The notes below the pieces were generated by a model that did no database searches, was not told the DNA's origin, and worked only from the letters and a program-made list of their open reading frames with translations. The translations under genes and the position numbers were made by a program. Source: an uncultured Pelagibacteraceae bacterium (GTDB lineage: Bacteria; Pseudomonadota; Alphaproteobacteria; Pelagibacterales; AG-422-B15). From it: a DNA stretch of 64,000 nucleotides. The stretch is from positions 17,092-81,091 of the forward strand of contig CACNCV010000002.1 of assembly GCA_902619105.1 (NCBI GenBank). The letters run 5' to 3'. Shown piece after piece: positions 30,563-41,015 of this stretch (its first letter is position 1; each line of letters starts with the position of its first letter).

Positions 30563-31627
30563 ATGAATTATTTAATATTAAGAAATGATGGCATTGGTGA
30601 TTTGATAGTATCTACGTGCGGTATCAAGCAATTACGTAAAATAGACAAAAAAGCACATATCACCCTAATTTGCTCAGATAGAAATAAGGAATACGCTAAA
30701 ATACTTAAAAAAGATGGTCATATCGATCGTCTCTATAATTTAGACAATATTAATGACTTTAGCCAAACATTAAAGTTAATAAAAATTTTAAGAAAAATAA
30801 ACTTTGAACATACCTTTATACTAAAATCTGACTGGAAAAATTTAACTATCTCTCTTTTTTGCAAATCAAAAAATATTCATGCAATCAACCCAACTAAGAT
30901 TGGCAAATTGACTAACAAAACAATATACAAATACCCCCTATTTCTCTCAAATAAAATTTTTTCATCTACAGAAATAATAAATTCAATAAATATTCAGGGT
31001 GTTGATACCAGAACCAAAATGGGGACTCATTATAGAGAACTTTTTAACAAAGCTCTTAATATGAAAAAAACTAAATTAGAATATATAAAACCTAATTCAA
31101 TTAATAAATTTGAAAGCCAAATTAAAAAGATATTTACATTATTGAAAATTAAAAAACAAAAAACAGTATTATTTCATATAGATGAAAAATGGAGTGATAT
31201 AAACGTATCAAAGAATTTTATGATAAACTTACTTGAAGGGATTACGGTTAATAGAAAAATAAATTTAATTATTACTAATGGAAAATATAGCACTGAGTTA
31301 AATAATGAAATATGGAGTTTTTATAATTTAAAAAAAATTAAAAATAAAAATAGTATTTACAAAAGTCAAAAAAATAAAAAAATATATTTTATAAAAAAAT
31401 GCAACTTGGCAGAATTAATAGGTATTGCTTCAAATGTTGGTCTTATCTTTCATATACATGGATCACTCACGCACATTTCAAGTATTCTTAAAGTTCCTAT
31501 TGTAGACGTAATAAGAAATCATTCGTCGAAATATTTTTATAAATGGAGACCTAACTTTAATGAATATACACAAATAGAAATTAAAAATTTAAAAAATCCG
31601 CAAAAATATATAAAAAAATATTTATAA
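30563..31627 (+). CDS. Glycosyltransferase family 9 (heptosyltransferase-like)
   Basis: N-terminal ILRNDGIGDLIVS and C-terminal HGSLTHISS motifs; very low GC. Confidence 0.8.
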   Translation: MNYLILRNDGIGDLIVSTCGIKQLRKIDKKAHITLICSDRNKEYAKILKKDGHIDRLYNLDNINDFSQTLKLIKILRKINFEHTFILKSDWKNLTISLFCKSKNIHAINPTKIGKLTNKTIYKYPLFLSNKIFSSTEIINSINIQGVDTRTKMGTHYRELFNKALNMKKTKLEYIKPNSINKFESQIKKIFTLLKIKKQKTVLFHIDEKWSDINVSKNFMINLLEGITVNRKINLIITNGKYSTELNNEIWSFYNLKKIKNKNSIYKSQKNKKIYFIKKCNLAELIGIASNVGLIFHIHGSLTHISSILKVPIVDVIRNHSSKYFYKWRPNFNEYTQIEIKNLKNPQKYIKKYL

Positions 31628-32008
31628 TTACTTATGAAGTTTAATTTCAACGATACTTGAACCTGACAAATAATTAATATCTTTTTTTATTTGCGCCCTC
31701 TTGTCATTAAAGATATAGACCTTTCTCGCTAAATCGATAAAGCTATTGTCAAATTTTTTAAGTTTCTCACATCTTCTTTTTCTATTTTCAATATTCCAAA
31801 GTTTCTCATTTATTGATTTTAAAAGAAGGTATTTTTTTCTGATTTTTGAGCTCGTTAAACCCTTCGACTTTACTATTTTTTTTAATTTAGACAATTCATA
31901 TTTTATTAATTTTAAGTCATCCTTATTTTTAATTTTCTTTGTCTTAATATCTAAGATTGATATTTTATCAAAAAGTTCACCTATCGATACTGGTACATTT
32001 ATTATCAT
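31628..32008 (-). CDS. DUF6165-like protein
   Basis: VPVSIGELFDKISILDIK, LWNIE and NDKRAQIK motifs. Confidence 0.75.
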   Translation of the reverse strand: MIINVPVSIGELFDKISILDIKTKKIKNKDDLKLIKYELSKLKKIVKSKGLTSSKIRKKYLLLKSINEKLWNIENRKRRCEKLKKFDNSFIDLARKVYIFNDKRAQIKKDINYLSGSSIVEIKLHK

Positions 32009-32013
32009 GTGAA

Positions 32014-32805
32014 TTAAGCTATAGAGGCAGCATCTACCCTTTTAAATAGTTTAAAAAAATTATCGGAGGTAATCTTTTCAACCTCCACTTCATCAATACT
32101 TAGAATATCACTGATTTGTTTAATTGTATGAATTATAAACGCTGGAATATTAGTCTTTCCACGATTAGGTGTTGGAGCTAAAAACGGTGAATCTGTCTCT
32201 ACTAATATTTTATCTCTGTCTGTTTGGTAAACGATATCCCTTAGATATGATGATTTCTTAAATGTAATAATTCCACTAAATGATATATAAAAACCAATAT
32301 CCATCATCTCTCTTGCAAATCTTTCAGATCCTGTAAAGCAATGAATGACTCCAGTTAGATTAGTATTTTTGTTATATGCGTAAAGTATATTTTTCGTCTC
32401 TTTTTCTGCATCTCTACTATGAACAACTAATGGTAAGTTGTGCTCTAGAGCAATATCTATGTGCTTTTCAAAAGACTTAATTTGGTCTTTCTTTTTGCTA
32501 TGATTATAATAAAAATCTAATCCTGTCTCCCCCACCGCTATAGTTTTTTTATTATTTTTTATAATTTCGTCTATTTTAATGAAAATATTTTTATCTAAAT
32601 TTTCCGTTTCATGGGGATGAATTCCTACACTATTATAAATTTGTTTATATTTATTACTGAGACTTAAAATTTCATTAAACTCTTTTTCTTTTGTAGCTAT
32701 ATTTAATAGAAGACTAATATTACTTGCATCACATATATCGATTATTTCATGGATCGGTTTATCATATCTGCTTGAAATTAAATGACAGTGGCTATCAATA
32801 ATCAT
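32014..32805 (-). CDS. tatD: TatD family nuclease/hydrolase
   Basis: DSHCH, GIHPH, GETGLD and ETDSPFLAP motifs. Confidence 0.93.
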   Translation of the reverse strand: MIIDSHCHLISSRYDKPIHEIIDICDASNISLLLNIATKEKEFNEILSLSNKYKQIYNSVGIHPHETENLDKNIFIKIDEIIKNNKKTIAVGETGLDFYYNHSKKKDQIKSFEKHIDIALEHNLPLVVHSRDAEKETKNILYAYNKNTNLTGVIHCFTGSERFAREMMDIGFYISFSGIITFKKSSYLRDIVYQTDRDKILVETDSPFLAPTPNRGKTNIPAFIIHTIKQISDILSIDEVEVEKITSDNFFKLFKRVDAASIA

Positions 32806-34331
32806 GATTGAACTCGATTAAATAAATGGTTTACCTTCGATAATTTATTACCATTTAAATCAATAACTTTCATATTTTCAAATAATAATTTAATTTCAGA
32901 AATACCCATAATTTGCAAAATCTTTATAGAGGCATCCGGCATGATTGGATGAATAAATATTGCTATATTCTTAATCTGATCGACTGTTACAGCCAGCACA
33001 TTTAAAAATTTTTCATTGTCATTTTTTTCTAATTCCCAGGGTTTATTATCATTAAAATATTTATTTACTTTGCCAATGTGCTCCCAAACTAGCCTAATAT
33101 AGTCATGTATCTTAAATTCATTTACAAGATTTGAGCCCTTCATTAGCAATTCTTCGCAAGATTTGTCTAAAATATTCTCTTCATTACCTTTATTTGTTAT
33201 TTGAGGAATTGTTGAGTCTAGTCTTTTTTCTATCATTGAGAGTGATCTTTGGCAAAGGTTGCCAAGATCATTAACTAAATCACTATTTATTCTATTAATT
33301 AGAGCATTTTTTGAAAAATCCCCATCATTTCCAAATGGAACTTCTCTTAGTAAAAAATACCTAAACTGATCAAGGCCGTAATTATCAATAATTTCAATTG
33401 GATCTATTACATTGCCTAAAGATTTTGATATTTTATTACCTTCGTTTGTCCACCATCCATGAGCAAATATTTTTTTTGGTAGATCTAACTCTGCTGCCAA
33501 TAAAAATGCTGGCCAATATACTGCATGATGTCTTAAGATATCTTTACCAACGATATGAACTACATTGTTCCAGTATTCCTTCATGGCATTTTCGTTTTCA
33601 TTTAGATAATTAATTCCATTTGTGTAACAGGTTAATGCATCTAACCATACGTACATAATATGAGATTCATCTGTTGGTGTATTTATTCCCCATTTAAAAG
33701 ATGTTCTTGATACAGATAGATCATTTAAACCTGACTCTACAAATTTAATAACTTCATTTCTTTTTGAAGCAGGACTTATAAAATTTGGATTACTACTATA
33801 CAAATCTAATAATTTATTAGACCATTCTGAAAGCTTAAAAAAATATGATTTTTCAGTAATCCATTCAACGGGACCACCGGTGATAGTTTTAAAAGAGCCA
33901 TCATTCTGTTTTACTAAATCTTTCTCATTATAAAATGTTTCATCACTTATTGAGTACCATCCAGTATATTCCCCTAAATAAATTTGATTTCTTTCATAAA
34001 GTCGTTTCCATAAATATGATGCTCCATCAATATGTCTTTCTTCAGTGGTTCTTATAAAATCATTATTTGATAAATTTAACGCGACAGTAAGATCTCTAAA
34101 AATCTGTGAGTTTTGATTACAAAGTTCTATAGGTTCTATTTTTTTTGCTTCAGCTGCTTTTTGTATTTTTAGCCCATGTTCATCTGTTCCAGTTTGGAAT
34201 CTCACATCAAATCCTTTAAGAGTCATAAATCTTGCAATAAAATCTGTAGCAACAGAGGTATACGCATGGCCTATATGAGGCTTGTCATTTACATAATAAA
34301 TTGGTGTTGTTATATAGTATTTGTTAGACAT
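32802..34331 (-). CDS. metG: Methionyl-tRNA synthetase
   Basis: HIGH and KISKS signatures; YVWLDAL. Confidence 0.97.
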   Translation of the reverse strand: MSNKYYITTPIYYVNDKPHIGHAYTSVATDFIARFMTLKGFDVRFQTGTDEHGLKIQKAAEAKKIEPIELCNQNSQIFRDLTVALNLSNNDFIRTTEERHIDGASYLWKRLYERNQIYLGEYTGWYSISDETFYNEKDLVKQNDGSFKTITGGPVEWITEKSYFFKLSEWSNKLLDLYSSNPNFISPASKRNEVIKFVESGLNDLSVSRTSFKWGINTPTDESHIMYVWLDALTCYTNGINYLNENENAMKEYWNNVVHIVGKDILRHHAVYWPAFLLAAELDLPKKIFAHGWWTNEGNKISKSLGNVIDPIEIIDNYGLDQFRYFLLREVPFGNDGDFSKNALINRINSDLVNDLGNLCQRSLSMIEKRLDSTIPQITNKGNEENILDKSCEELLMKGSNLVNEFKIHDYIRLVWEHIGKVNKYFNDNKPWELEKNDNEKFLNVLAVTVDQIKNIAIFIHPIMPDASIKILQIMGISEIKLLFENMKVIDLNGNKLSKVNHLFNRVQS

Positions 34332-35268
34332 TTTTTATTTTATAAAAAAGAGAAACAATCAGAGTGGTATAATCTAGATTTAAACTTTTAAAATAATTTC
34401 TGTAAGTTTTAACAATTTCTGAGATTTTAAGCAAATTAAGAACTTCCTTTTCTTTTCCTCGTCTAGCCATGGTCTTTACTTCGTAAGACGTTATTAAGTA
34501 GATATAATCAAAAAAAATAGAAATATCCTCATCTTTAGTAAACATTTTTGAAATAAAATCAGAATAATGTGATGCTGTATTTGATTTAATTAACTTACGA
34601 TCATTCAACAATTCTCTAAAATGATCCTGAATTTCATATAGTTCATGTTTTAAAAAATTTCTAGAAAGACTTAAAGATCCGTTAGTTAGATTGAAGAGGT
34701 CTCTATTAGTGGAAATGTCACTGTTAAAATTTTCAAAAAAAATTTCTTCGTTTAATTTAGAAAAATTTAAGAAATAAGATCTTGATTTAATTGTTTGTAA
34801 AACTTTAGCCTTATTATGATTAATAATTATAAAATGAGAATTTTTATTTGGTTCTTCTATTAATTTAAGCAATGAATTACAGGCCTCTATCGAAAGATCG
34901 TCAATTGTTTTAATTATACATACTCTCTTTTGATCAATTTCATCTTTTGTTTGAAAAAATGTATGCACATTAGATATATCGTCTCTATAGATTTGGTTTT
35001 TAAATCTTTTTTTATCTTCTAAATAAATTTTCGCAATCATATAAACAAATGGTGAATTTTTACGATTTTCATTCGAACAAATATTAAGAAAATCTTCAAA
35101 TGTATGATCAATATTATTTTTAACAATTAATTCTGAAAACGATATCGCTATATCTGATAAAAGTTCGATTTCCCCACCTGATAAAATAATAGATTGAGGT
35201 AAATAATTTTTGTATAGACTGAAAAGGTTTTCCTTTTGTTTGATATAAACTTGATCTAAACTGCTCAT
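34324..35268 (-). CDS. holB: DNA polymerase III delta-prime subunit
   Basis: ACNSLLKLIEEP and TIKSR motifs; tmk-holB-metG synteny. Confidence 0.85.
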   Translation of the reverse strand: MSSLDQVYIKQKENLFSLYKNYLPQSIILSGGEIELLSDIAISFSELIVKNNIDHTFEDFLNICSNENRKNSPFVYMIAKIYLEDKKRFKNQIYRDDISNVHTFFQTKDEIDQKRVCIIKTIDDLSIEACNSLLKLIEEPNKNSHFIIINHNKAKVLQTIKSRSYFLNFSKLNEEIFFENFNSDISTNRDLFNLTNGSLSLSRNFLKHELYEIQDHFRELLNDRKLIKSNTASHYSDFISKMFTKDEDISIFFDYIYLITSYEVKTMARRGKEKEVLNLLKISEIVKTYRNYFKSLNLDYTTLIVSLFYKIKNV

Positions 35269-35891
35269 ATTTTTTTACTTTTCCCTAATATTTTCCATAT
35301 ATTTTCTGAAATATTATTTTTATCCTGATCAGCATCAATAATTTTAATTCTACTTTTGTTTGTTTTGGCAATTTTCAAAAAAGAGGTTCTTACTTTTCTA
35401 TGAAAGCTTATATGCATATTCTCATACCTTAAATCATTGTTACCTTTTCTTTTTGATCTAGCTAGACCTTTCTTAGGATCAATATCAAGGAGAAATGTTA
35501 TACTTGGTACTAGGTTATTAATTAAAATTTTATTTAGTGAATTTATGAGTTTAAGGTCAACTTTTTTACCGTATCCCTGGTATGCCATGGTTGAATCAAT
35601 GTATCTGTCACATAATACCCAGTATCCTTTTTTTAAATTAGGCATTATGACCTTATCTATGTGGTCTTTTCGTGCAGCAAAAAGTAGCATTGTTTCAACT
35701 GTACCAGACCATTTCTGATTCTTATCTTTTACAATTAAATTTCTTATTTTTTCAGCATCTTTAGTCCCACCTGGCTCTCTAGTAATTATGACCTTTCTTT
35801 TTTTTGATAATTTTTTAGCAAGGAGTTTGATCTGAGTTGATTTGCCAGACCCTTCTCCGCCCTCAAAAGATATGAAACGTGAATTAATCAC
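35265..35891 (-). CDS. tmk: Thymidylate kinase
   Basis: FEGGEGSGKSTQ, TREPGGT and CDRY motifs. Confidence 0.96.
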   Translation of the reverse strand: MINSRFISFEGGEGSGKSTQIKLLAKKLSKKRKVIITREPGGTKDAEKIRNLIVKDKNQKWSGTVETMLLFAARKDHIDKVIMPNLKKGYWVLCDRYIDSTMAYQGYGKKVDLKLINSLNKILINNLVPSITFLLDIDPKKGLARSKRKGNNDLRYENMHISFHRKVRTSFLKIAKTNKSRIKIIDADQDKNNISENIWKILGKSKKI

Positions 35892-35894
35892 CTA

Positions 35895-37031
35895 TCAAAC
35901 AAATAAATTAACAATAGATTGATAAATGTAGCTAAAAAACCTAGAAAAAATATTTGTCCTTTTTAGTTCATTTGTAGAATAAATATCAAAATACTCAGAT
36001 GACTCATTAGGTATGTTTACTTTTAATTGTCCAATTTTTGTTCCGGCGGCAACTGGGAAACTTAATTGACTATCCAGCTCAATACTAAAATCCAAACTCT
36101 TATTTTTTGTTTTAGGAACTGTTAAAATTATATCTGACGAAGCGCTAACTGATGACAACGATTCATTTGAACCAGGAACCTTGATTAAGTCAATTTCTTG
36201 AGACTTTTTAAATAGCTCAATATTTTCATATTCTCTAAATGCCCAAGTAATAAGTCTTGATGAGCCCTGAGACCTTTTTTGCTGTGTACTAAAACCGTTT
36301 GTTACAGAAATTACTCTTCGATTTCCTTCAACGGCAGATGCTGCAAGTCCATAACCTGAAATTGATAAATGACCTGTTTTAAGGCCATCTACACCCATCT
36401 TTTTGTATAATAATGGATTTCTATTTTTTTGTTTTATTCCAGACCATTCAAATTCAGTTTCGGCAAATAAATGATAATATTCTGGAAACTCATTGATTAA
36501 ATATTGAGATAAAATTGCTATGTCGTATGCTGTCGAATAATTATCGTTGCTGTGCATACCTGTTGAGTTAGTAAAATTTGTATTCAACATACCAATTTCT
36601 TTAGCTTTGGATGTCATAATGATTGCAAAAGCTTCCTCAGACCCTGCAATATTTTCAGCAATAACTATGCAAGCATCATTTCCAGATTGAACAATAATTC
36701 CTCTCAATAAGTCTTCAACTCTTATTTCTTTATCTACCTCGACAAACATAGATGAGCCTTCTCGCTCTCTCCAAGCTTTTTCTGAAACAAGAAATTTATC
36801 ATCTAAAGATAGAGTTCCGTTAGATAATTTCTCAAATACTATTAATGTTGTCATGATTTTTGTCATTGAGGCTGGATATGTTTTTTTATTCATTTCTTTT
36901 TCAAAAAGAACTTTACCTGTAGTAGCATCAATAATTACTGCTGTTTCAGCTTCAGTATCTATAAATGACGCCTGTACAAAAGGAATTGGAATAAATATTA
37001 GGTAAAAAATTACTAGTCTAAGTAAATGCAT
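35895..37031 (-). CDS. dacA: D-alanyl-D-alanine carboxypeptidase
   Basis: SxxK (ASMTK), SGN and KTG motifs. Confidence 0.93.
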   Translation of the reverse strand: MHLLRLVIFYLIFIPIPFVQASFIDTEAETAVIIDATTGKVLFEKEMNKKTYPASMTKIMTTLIVFEKLSNGTLSLDDKFLVSEKAWREREGSSMFVEVDKEIRVEDLLRGIIVQSGNDACIVIAENIAGSEEAFAIIMTSKAKEIGMLNTNFTNSTGMHSNDNYSTAYDIAILSQYLINEFPEYYHLFAETEFEWSGIKQKNRNPLLYKKMGVDGLKTGHLSISGYGLAASAVEGNRRVISVTNGFSTQQKRSQGSSRLITWAFREYENIELFKKSQEIDLIKVPGSNESLSSVSASSDIILTVPKTKNKSLDFSIELDSQLSFPVAAGTKIGQLKVNIPNESSEYFDIYSTNELKRTNIFSRFFSYIYQSIVNLFV

Positions 37032-37040
37032 ATTATCTTT

Positions 37041-37892
37041 TTATATTAAAAATATTGATAAATCTTCATATTTTTTAAATGTGTCATCTTTGAGATCATT
37101 GATTAACTTATTTACGTCTTCATATGGCCCAATAAGTACTCTAAATATTTGAGTACCTCCATTAGTTGTCATGTTATAGACTTTAGCTTTGAAATTCGAT
37201 AACTCATCTAAAACAATTTTTGCATTTTCTAAAAATGAAAATGTTGCAATATTTAGATATATTTCATTATATTGTCGTTTTTCTATAGTCTTAATATCTG
37301 ACACATTAGTAACTATTTCTGTATTAGAAATTTCAGCATCTATCACAACAACATCTGAGATAGGTGCTTCTACCACCTTCTTCTCTTCTTCAAAAGTTTG
37401 TGTTTCGGAGAGAATGAAGCTTTCGTTTGTATTAATAAGTTCTATCTTCACTAGCCCACCTCCGCTATTCAAATTTAATTCTTTAAATACTCCTGATGAT
37501 AAATTTATTATATGCGTAGATGAATATGCTCCTCTATTGTTGACTCTAACTTTAGTTGTTCTGCCGTTTTCTAAGTTTGTAACCTCAAGTATTGATGGCA
37601 ATGGAAGTGATCTATGAGATCCAGAATGCGCATCATTATGGAAAAATTCCTTATTTGTTGTCAAGTCACCATTGTTTAATTCTATCTCAATTTCAGCAAT
37701 TCCTACTTCTGTATATGATTTATAATCTCTTGGATAAAACCATTTACCATCAACTTGGTAAGGTTCTTCAATATATTTTTCTATTAATGAAATATTTTTG
37801 TTTTTATTGCTATCTTCAATTGCTAATGGAACAATATTAACAGCAGCGCATTGTGACAACAAAAGAATTAATAATAAATAAATATATCTCAT
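37041..37892 (-). CDS. rlpA: RlpA-like septal lipoprotein (DPBB + SPOR)
   Basis: Lipobox-like LSQC; HRSLPLPS and VTNLENGR motifs; C-terminal SPOR domain. Confidence 0.82.
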   Translation of the reverse strand: MRYIYLLLILLLSQCAAVNIVPLAIEDSNKNKNISLIEKYIEEPYQVDGKWFYPRDYKSYTEVGIAEIEIELNNGDLTTNKEFFHNDAHSGSHRSLPLPSILEVTNLENGRTTKVRVNNRGAYSSTHIINLSSGVFKELNLNSGGGLVKIELINTNESFILSETQTFEEEKKVVEAPISDVVVIDAEISNTEIVTNVSDIKTIEKRQYNEIYLNIATFSFLENAKIVLDELSNFKAKVYNMTTNGGTQIFRVLIGPYEDVNKLINDLKDDTFKKYEDLSIFLI

Positions 37893-38923
37893 CAATGATA
37901 TTCTATCATATCAGAAAGAGTGCCAACTGATATTCCAAAAAACAGCGATCTATTCCACTTCATGATCACTTTGAAATTTTCATATACTAAGAATTTTTTT
38001 CCGTCTTCACCTTCAGGAAATACTAAATATGCATCTAAGTTTTTATTTGGAAGTTTTTCTCCATTTGCTTTTAAAACACCTAATTCTGACCATTCAGATA
38101 ATTTTTTTGAAATTTCTATTTTTTTTGCAGAAGTAGTAATAAGGTCCTTGTTTATAGGTTTAGTGGTAATGACTTCCCTGCCCCATGTAAGGTTATTATC
38201 CCATCCTGAGCTGCTTAAATAATTAGCGGAAGATGCAAATACATCTTCTAGCGTGGTCCATATATCTTTTCTTTCATCATTATTGTAATCAATTGCATAA
38301 CTTAAAAAACTTGAAGGCATAAATTGGTTTTGTCCCATTGCGCCTGCCCAAGAACCCATCATATTCTCTGCATCAATATGTCCTTCATTAATAATTTTAA
38401 GTGCATTTATAAGCTCCTCAGTAAAAAAATCTCTTCTACGAAGATCGTGAGATAATGTTGAGAGTGAACGTATTACATTAAATGATCCTGTAAATTTACC
38501 AAAACTTGTTTCTATACCCCATAGTGCTAAAAGAAAGCGTGGTTGAACACCAAATTCATTTGAAACCTTTTCTAGAATATTTTTATTTTCCTTATAGAGC
38601 TTTTTTCCTTTTTTTACTCTACTTGCAGGAGTGGTATTAGATAAATATTTCTCAAGTGTAAGAGTAAATTCAGGTTGAGATCTATCAAGTTCTAATACTC
38701 TTTCATTCTGTGTAATATTTTTGATGCTATTAATTAGTGTTTCTTTTGAGATCCCCTCTTTGAGTGCGAGATTTTCAATATAAATAAGCCAATCTTCAAA
38801 AGATCCTTGTTCATCTGCTTGCAATGAAGATAAATTAATTATAGTAAATACTGTTATTACGGAGAATAAACTAACTAATTTAGAAATATAAATAATTAAA
38901 TTTGATGAAGAAAATAAAGTCAT
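37892..38923 (-). CDS. mltB: Lytic murein transglycosylase B family
   Basis: WGIETSFG, GSWAGAMGQNQFMPSS and WNRS motifs; start codon uncertain. Confidence 0.9.
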   Translation of the reverse strand: MTLFSSSNLIIYISKLVSLFSVITVFTIINLSSLQADEQGSFEDWLIYIENLALKEGISKETLINSIKNITQNERVLELDRSQPEFTLTLEKYLSNTTPASRVKKGKKLYKENKNILEKVSNEFGVQPRFLLALWGIETSFGKFTGSFNVIRSLSTLSHDLRRRDFFTEELINALKIINEGHIDAENMMGSWAGAMGQNQFMPSSFLSYAIDYNNDERKDIWTTLEDVFASSANYLSSSGWDNNLTWGREVITTKPINKDLITTSAKKIEISKKLSEWSELGVLKANGEKLPNKNLDAYLVFPEGEDGKKFLVYENFKVIMKWNRSLFFGISVGTLSDMIEYH

Positions 38924-39876
38924 TGGTTGATTTAATTGGTAATACTCCGATTGTTCAAGCTAAAAATTTAGACACCGGAAAATGTAATCTTTTTCTTAAA
39001 ATGGAAAGCCTTAATCCAGGCTCATCCATAAAGGATAGAGTGGCTCTAAGAATCATTGAGGATGCTGAAGCTCAAGGAAAGTTAAAGAAAGGATCAACAG
39101 TTGTTGAAGCTACAGCTGGTAATACCGGCCTTGGTCTAGCATTGATTGCACTTTTAAAAGGATATAAGTCAAAAGTTGTAATTCTTGATAAGATGAACCA
39201 TAACAAAATACTTCATCTTAAATCCCTCGGCGCAGAAGTTATTTTGGCAAGAAGTGATGTGGGACCTGATAGTCCTGAGCATTATGTAAATGTAGCTAGA
39301 GAAGTTGCAAATAATACTCCTGATTCATTTATGGCCAACCAGTTTACAAATATGTCAAATCCCCAGGCTCATGAATATTCAACTGGTCCAGAAATTCTGG
39401 ATCAAATGAGTAATGATGTTGATGCTGTTGTTTGTGGGGTTGGAACAGGAGGGACAATTTCAGGCTTAGGTAAATTTTTTTCAGAGCATAGTCCAAAAAC
39501 CGAAATGGTTCTTGCAGATCCAAAAGGTTCAATAGTTAAAGATGCTGTTGAAAACAAACCATTAAAAAAAGCAGACTATTCATGGCTTGTTGAGGGTATA
39601 GGTGAAGATTTCATTCCTGATACTTTGGAATTAAAATATATAAAAAAAGCTTATGAAGTTACAAACGAAGAAGCATTTAGCATGATTAGAGAATTGGCTT
39701 TGAAGGAGGGAATTTTGGGAGGCTCATCAAGTGGAACTCTTATTTCAGCGGCAATTAAATATTGCAAGGACCAAGATAAAGAAAAAAATGTAGTTACATT
39801 TGTTTGTGATAATGGTGAAAAATATTTAAATACAGCGTATAATGAAGAATGGTTAAAAGAAAAAAATCTTATATAA
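38905..39876 (+). CDS. Cystathionine beta-synthase (short form, no CBS domains)
   Basis: IGNTP, SIKDR PLP-lysine, EATAGNTG, CBS-type DKM loop and GTGGT; paired with CGL. Confidence 0.8.
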   Translation: MKKIKSLVDLIGNTPIVQAKNLDTGKCNLFLKMESLNPGSSIKDRVALRIIEDAEAQGKLKKGSTVVEATAGNTGLGLALIALLKGYKSKVVILDKMNHNKILHLKSLGAEVILARSDVGPDSPEHYVNVAREVANNTPDSFMANQFTNMSNPQAHEYSTGPEILDQMSNDVDAVVCGVGTGGTISGLGKFFSEHSPKTEMVLADPKGSIVKDAVENKPLKKADYSWLVEGIGEDFIPDTLELKYIKKAYEVTNEEAFSMIRELALKEGILGGSSSGTLISAAIKYCKDQDKEKNVVTFVCDNGEKYLNTAYNEEWLKEKNLI

Positions 39877-41015
39877 AGAAAATAAATCAGCTTGATACTT
39901 TATCAGTGCATGCTGGGGTCAAAACAGATCCATTAACCGGAGCTGTAATGACTCCTATTTATGCAACATCCACTTATGCTCATGATAGACCTGGGGAGCA
40001 TAAAGGATATGAATATTCAAGAAGTCAAAATCCTACAAGAGAAGTTTTAGAAAATTCAATTGCTGAATTAGAAAGTGGACATAAAGCATTTGCATTTGCT
40101 TCAGGGGTTGCTGCTCAAACAGCGGTTTTAGATCTTTTAAAGCCTGGAGATCATGTAATTGCTTTTGATGACCTATATGGTGGTACTTTTAGGTTGTTTA
40201 ATGAAATTAAGAGCAAGTCATCAAATATTGAATTCACATTTGTTGATTTAAATACAAATTTCTCAAAAGAAATTAAAAAGAATACAAAAATGATTTGGAT
40301 TGAAACTCCAACAAATCCACTACTTAAAATTACGGACTTAAAAAGAATAGCCCGTATTGCAAGAAAAAATAAGCTTATAACTGTATGTGATAATACATTT
40401 GCCACACCTTACAATCAAAGACCGCTTGAACATGGAATTGATATTGTTAATCACTCGACAACAAAATATATCAACGGTCACTCTGATGTAATTGGTGGAG
40501 CCTTGGTAATTGGAAAGAATAAAAAACTTGAGAAAAAATTAGCCCTAATACAAAATTCTACGGGCGCCGTTCCAAGTCCTTTTGATTGTTTTCTTACCTT
40601 GAGAGGAATTAAAACACTAGCCATTAGAATGAAAAAACATAATGAAAATGGAATTAAAGTTGCTCGCTTTTTAAGATCACATAAAAAAGCATTAAACGTA
40701 ACGTATCCTGGGTTACCAAATCATAAACAGAAAGATATTGCGCTTAAACAAATGAACGGGTTTGGTGGAATGATCACTTTTATCTATGATGGGAATATGT
40801 CAGAAATATCCAAGTTTATGCGTAAATTAAGAATTTTTACTATAGCTGAGAGTTTGGGGGGAGTTGAGTCTTTAATTGAGTCCCCTGCTTTAATGACACA
40901 TGCATATTTAGACGATAAATCCTTTAATCAAGTGCCCAAAAAGCTAGTCAGATTATCTGTTGGCATAGAAGACAGTGATGATCTTATTGAGGACTTAAAT
41001 CAAGCTTTTAAATAA
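39849..41015 (+). CDS. Cystathionine gamma-lyase/synthase family enzyme
   Basis: YSRSQNPTR, ETPTNP, HSTTKYINGHSD and ESLGGVESL motifs. Confidence 0.88.
   Translation: MVKRKKSYIKKINQLDTLSVHAGVKTDPLTGAVMTPIYATSTYAHDRPGEHKGYEYSRSQNPTREVLENSIAELESGHKAFAFASGVAAQTAVLDLLKPGDHVIAFDDLYGGTFRLFNEIKSKSSNIEFTFVDLNTNFSKEIKKNTKMIWIETPTNPLLKITDLKRIARIARKNKLITVCDNTFATPYNQRPLEHGIDIVNHSTTKYINGHSDVIGGALVIGKNKKLEKKLALIQNSTGAVPSPFDCFLTLRGIKTLAIRMKKHNENGIKVARFLRSHKKALNVTYPGLPNHKQKDIALKQMNGFGGMITFIYDGNMSEISKFMRKLRIFTIAESLGGVESLIESPALMTHAYLDDKSFNQVPKKLVRLSVGIEDSDDLIEDLNQAFK

Noticed and set aside
35920-35938. tgataaatgtagctaaaaa matches the 3' half of the SAM-II riboswitch as I recall it
   Set aside because: It lies antisense within the dacA C-terminus (encodes FFSYIYQS). 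The 5' P1 and pseudoknot partner are absent and no plus-strand gene follows.
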